A stretch of 64,000 nt of DNA, taken from positions 212,806 to 276,805 of the forward strand of contig JBALDB010000015.1 in the NCBI GenBank assembly GCA_036918135.1, in the 5' to 3' direction. The stretch comes from Nostoc sp. (GTDB lineage Bacteria > Cyanobacteriota > Cyanobacteriia > Cyanobacteriales > Nostocaceae). The position numbers were made by a program, and so were the translations under genes. Below are positions 63,902 through 64,000 of the stretch, piece after piece (position 1 is the stretch's first letter; each line of letters opens with the position of its first letter). The notes beneath the pieces are model-generated. The model ran no database searches, was not told the DNA's origin, and saw only the letters and a program-made list of their open reading frames with translations.

Positions 63902-63946
63902 AATACAAACCCCCTAGCGATAGAGAAGAGCTAGAGGGTTTGTATT
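63902..63946. terminator. Long hairpin downstream of 5S rRNA (rrn terminator)
   Basis: aatacaaaccccctagc ... gctagagggtttgtatt. Confidence 0.7.
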
Positions 63947-63954
63947 GAAATATG

Positions 63955-64000
63955 AACCTGGCATCGAGCTATTTTCACGTAGGGCAACCCCTAAACTATC
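63955..64000 (-). rRNA. rrf: 5S rRNA, 3' part (truncated by window edge)
   Basis: Minus strand GATAGTTTAGGGGTTGCCCTACGTGAAAATAGCTCGATGCCAGGT matches the cyanobacterial 5S 3' end. Confidence 0.9.

Overview
Chromosomal window from a heterocyst-forming cyanobacterium (Nostocaceae-like). Evidence: abundant HIP1 octamers (GCGATCGC), STRR-type 7/8-mer tandem repeats, psaD, pcyA, psbP and the devBCA heterocyst exporter. It is mostly core genome: trpE-psaD, glycogen debranching enzyme, thrS-thrB-ndhD, an HlyB/HlyD type I secretion pair, dapB, psbP-maf, pcyA-devBCA and the 3' end of a 5S rRNA gene. Signalling genes include two paralogous DICT-GAF histidine kinases, a Ser/Thr-kinase/His-kinase hybrid and a GGDEF tail. 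Accessory content: a BrnT/BrnA-type toxin-antitoxin pair, a GC-richer AKR-cupin-AraC islet, two pseudogenes, and many MITE/REP/SDR-like elements. The most unusual locus is 36973-42111. There a strong sigma70 promoter points into a ~115-nt rod-shaped candidate RNA with an SRP-helix-8-like internal loop, upstream of a metal-binding lipoprotein that has lost ligands. Divergent from it is a TM/coiled-coil-YtxH-DUF948-TPM cluster ending in a CobH-like protein with His->Tyr at the catalytic position. Also noted are a second candidate sRNA (48714-48900) and several near-perfect NtcA boxes. All calls were made by eye; no searches or folding programs were run.
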